Shown here piece by piece: positions 61,498-64,000 of a DNA stretch of 64,000 nucleotides (its first letter is position 1; each line of letters opens with the position of its first letter). The stretch spans positions 45,735 to 109,734 of the forward strand of contig NZ_JAVZIN010000005.1 of NCBI RefSeq assembly GCF_038871235.1, given 5' to 3'. This DNA comes from Candidatus Hadarchaeum sp. Its GTDB lineage: Archaea; Hadarchaeota; Hadarchaeia; Hadarchaeales; Hadarchaeaceae. The notes beneath the pieces are model-generated. The model had not been told where the DNA came from, searched no databases, and worked only from the letters and a program-made list of their open reading frames with translations. The translations under genes and the position numbers were made by a program.

Positions 61498-62574
61498 TTA
61501 TTTAAGAACAACAATTCGTGAATCGGGATCAGGAACTGGCTGTTTAAACGCTCCGACGCTATAGAGTTGATCCCAAGCAAACATAATGCTCTCTTTCATT
61601 TCTTGTGTGATGAAACCGAGATGCCAGACATAATAGTTCTCATAATAGAAAGCTGCTGTCGAGGCATCCACTCCCATCTTTATCTGCAAGAATGCCTTTG
61701 CCTCCAGCGGGTGTTCTTTGAGGTAGTTCACTGCCTTTTCGAAAACTCTGCAGAATGCTCTAAGTGCTTCCTCATTTTTCTGCAAGAAATCCGATCTAGT
61801 GACCATATACTGGGCTGGTGGGTATTCCTTTCCGGTCACTTTCTTGTACTCCTCGTATAAATTGATGGAAACCATATCTGGATCATTCCAAGCTTTTGCA
61901 TACGTTACCGCATCCAAATAAGCGGCGTCTATTTCTCCTTTTTTGATCGACTCGTAAAGCGCTGGGACTGGCGCGATGACTGGATCGCCTATTGTTATTC
62001 CATATTTGCCTGCTACTATCTTGAAAAGTAGAGTACCAGTCCAGGCCGGCGCCCCTGAACCCCAAGTTTTCCCTCCCATATCCGCCACACTAGTAATTCC
62101 AGACGTCTTCAGCGCAAAATACCTCACAGGATAGGTGCAAGTAGGGTGAAACATCACTATGTCCTTACCTTCAATAATGTTGGTAGCTGCCGCTGTCAGT
62201 GACATGTCAGTCATGTCAGCGTCCCCAACAAGGAAACTTGAGTATGTGCCACCCCAGTCTGCGAAGTAAAGAAGCTCAACATCAAGCAATGGTTCTTCTT
62301 TGAACCAACCTTTTTCCTCGGCCAAAATATACGGCGCAAAAACCATCCCATAGGTGTTTACAGATAATCTAATTTTTGTAGGTGTTATGGTTTGAGTAGT
62401 TGTGGGAGTCGGAGTCGTGGGTGATGTCGTATAGGTATATATCACGGTCGTGGTAGTGCCTGGTACTACCTTTGGAACTGAAACTATAGCATAAACTGCG
62501 ATCAACAAAGCAATCACTGCAACCGCAAATAGCCCATAAATTACTACGGAAGTTTTTGCTTGACCCTTTTCCAA
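61498..62574 (-). CDS. ABC substrate-binding protein (NMT1/THI5/SsuA-like) with TM anchor and Thr-rich linker
   Basis: A.EKGWF.E..LDVE, GI.S..D..GK, GEIDAA; TTG start after GGAGG. Confidence 0.85.
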   Translation of the reverse strand: MEKGQAKTSVVIYGLFAVAVIALLIAVYAIVSVPKVVPGTTTTVIYTYTTSPTTPTPTTTQTITPTKIRLSVNTYGMVFAPYILAEEKGWFKEEPLLDVELLYFADWGGTYSSFLVGDADMTDMSLTAAATNIIEGKDIVMFHPTCTYPVRYFALKTSGITSVADMGGKTWGSGAPAWTGTLLFKIVAGKYGITIGDPVIAPVPALYESIKKGEIDAAYLDAVTYAKAWNDPDMVSINLYEEYKKVTGKEYPPAQYMVTRSDFLQKNEEALRAFCRVFEKAVNYLKEHPLEAKAFLQIKMGVDASTAAFYYENYYVWHLGFITQEMKESIMFAWDQLYSVGAFKQPVPDPDSRIVVLK

Positions 62575-62709
62575 TTTAGACCCTCCGTTTGAAAATAATA
62601 AAATAAAATTTTTAAAGCTTATGCTTCTGTAAAGTAAACCTTTTAATTTAACACCCCATAATTCCTCAGAAGTTAGACCCCCGGCAAGGGTGGATTGAGG
62701 CATCTCACG

Positions 62710-63580
62710 ATGCCTAGACAAAAACCCAGCAAACGCCGCCAGACGGCGAGTATGATTAGGAGGGGGAGAGTAAAAATTTAGTGAGAGTTTTTCGGAGTCA
62801 GCAGGCAAACGGTTTGGGAGTGGTACAAAGCGGAAAAAGCATCGTGGAAAAGAAAGCTTTAGGGACCAGCCGAGGAACTCAAGGAAGGGAAAAACCGTAA
62901 AGGTCGAGGCCGCGATCGTAGCGATCTAGACCGCGTTCGGATGGAGAACTGCAAGAGTACAGCAAGCGCTGGCCATTCTTCATAAATTTATGAGAGGAAA
63001 GCTGACTGCATGCGTTCAAGGCGTCCGCCTGTCCAGAACTGCGATGAACAACGTCCTGAAGGAACACTGGCTCAACAGGTACGGGTGGGAGGAGTAGACT
63101 GGAAGGTTTCATGGCAAAAAGGCCGGATGAGCTTTGGCAGCTGGACACCAAGAGGCCGTTCTGACTCTACGGGCAAAAATACTTGTTCCCATCTGCATTG
63201 ACAACTATGGCCGCTATTTGCTGGTCTTCGGCTTGATCACGAGCCAATACAGACGATCTGATGAGACTGCTTGAAAGGCTTCCACCGAAGCCTAAGAAGA
63301 TTCTCACAGACCACAGTGCCCAGTTTGAGGGGATGGGGAAGTGATTGTGCCGGGACAACGGCGTAGGACCACGGTCCGCACACCCTACTACTCGCAGAAA
63401 GGGAAAGTCGAATGAACCATCAGAAATATCGCCGAGGATTTCGTCAACTTGCTACGCAAGTTTAGAGTGGTTTAGCAAAATGAGTGTCCAGATGCTGATA
63501 CAACAGGCACAGAATTCACTGAAGGCATACACACAGCTAGCTAGGTTGTACAGGCGTCGTTCTGAAAACCTCTGATCTCC
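62710..63580 (+). pseudogene. IS481-family transposase pseudogene
   Basis: Fragments FGVSRQTVWEW (HTH), AFGW, AKRPDELWQLD.K.PF*, IDNY.R, ILTDH.AQF, HPYY.Q/KGKVE*TI, with many stops and frameshifts. Confidence 0.8.
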
Positions 63581-63859
63581 GTGAGCGAACTCATCCGCCA
63601 TCGTTAACCGGTGCCAGATTCATCGGCCGACGAAAGCGTGATTTTGTTACCGAGAGGGGCAACGACCATTATTCGACACTATTTCAATTACAATTCGGAG
63701 AATGGAAAATGACAGTCGAACGGTCTGGAGTTGAGTTTTGACCACGAGCGTTAACTTGGCAGCTTTACACGAACAAAAAGTTTTTATTAAATTGAAAAAT
63801 TGTTAGATATGATCGATATAATTATAAAATTCTTGAATGCTTACAAACGAGGTGACGGG

Positions 63860-63949
63860 TTGGTCAACCATTATATCGGCGCTGAGGGGTATGGCGTCGA
63901 TGCCATTGAGGCCGTGGCGGTCTGTAAGAAAATTCTCGGAAAGGAATAA
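63860..63949 (+). pseudogene. 29-aa stub matching the C-terminus of a corrinoid (B12-binding) protein
   Basis: GAGGTGA RBS + TTG; (M)VNHYIGAEGYGVDAIEAVAVCKKILGKE resembles IGADGY..DA.EAV...K.L. Confidence 0.6.
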
Positions 63950-63951
63950 CG

Positions 63952-64000
63952 ATGCCCCTAACTTTTTGGGATGTTCTTGACAGGGCGATAAACACCGGTG
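63952..64000 (+). CDS. Probable N-terminus of an MtmB-like methylamine:corrinoid methyltransferase, truncated by window edge
   Basis: MPLTFWDVLDRAINTG resembles the MtmB F.D..DRA..G start; follows the corrinoid stub; only 16 codons visible. Confidence 0.45.
   Translation, partial: MPLTFWDVLDRAINTG

Noticed and set aside
62575-62808. 78-aa N-terminal extension of the binding protein in the track
   Set aside because: Runs through promoter and IS DNA; the RBS supports TTG at 62574
62628-63690. Terminal inverted repeats of the IS481 remnant
   Set aside because: Candidate ends share little beyond TGTAA; too weak to call

Overview
A gene-dense 64-kb archaeal chromosome segment. Markers include S24e/S27ae, aEF-1beta, Nop5/fibrillarin, PolB, proteasome beta, SepCysS and GGTGA-type RBS. 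Gene content fits an anaerobic euryarchaeote-like lineage such as Hadarchaeota; that placement is inference only. Most genes are housekeeping or metabolic. The track misses moaB, rps27ae, two zinc-finger microproteins, a corrinoid-protein stub with the start of an mtmB-like gene, tRNA-Arg(GCG) and two IS remnants. No CRISPR array, rRNA or intact integrase was seen. Best candidates for undescribed systems: (1) membrane-anchored tandem-OB protein + orphan TctA-family channel + membrane-anchored nuclease (11.0-13.4 kb), a possible DNA-uptake module; (2) a sulfur-assimilation cluster joining SepCysS, MA1821/MA1822-like and COG2122 genes to E1/TusA/JAMM genes (51.4-57.6 kb), with a capped ubiquitin-like gene (GGG-EL) at the end of a Mo-hydroxylase operon; (3) an AT-rich ParB-like + HNH islet beside the tRNA. 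All family calls rest on motif recognition by eye; no searches were run.
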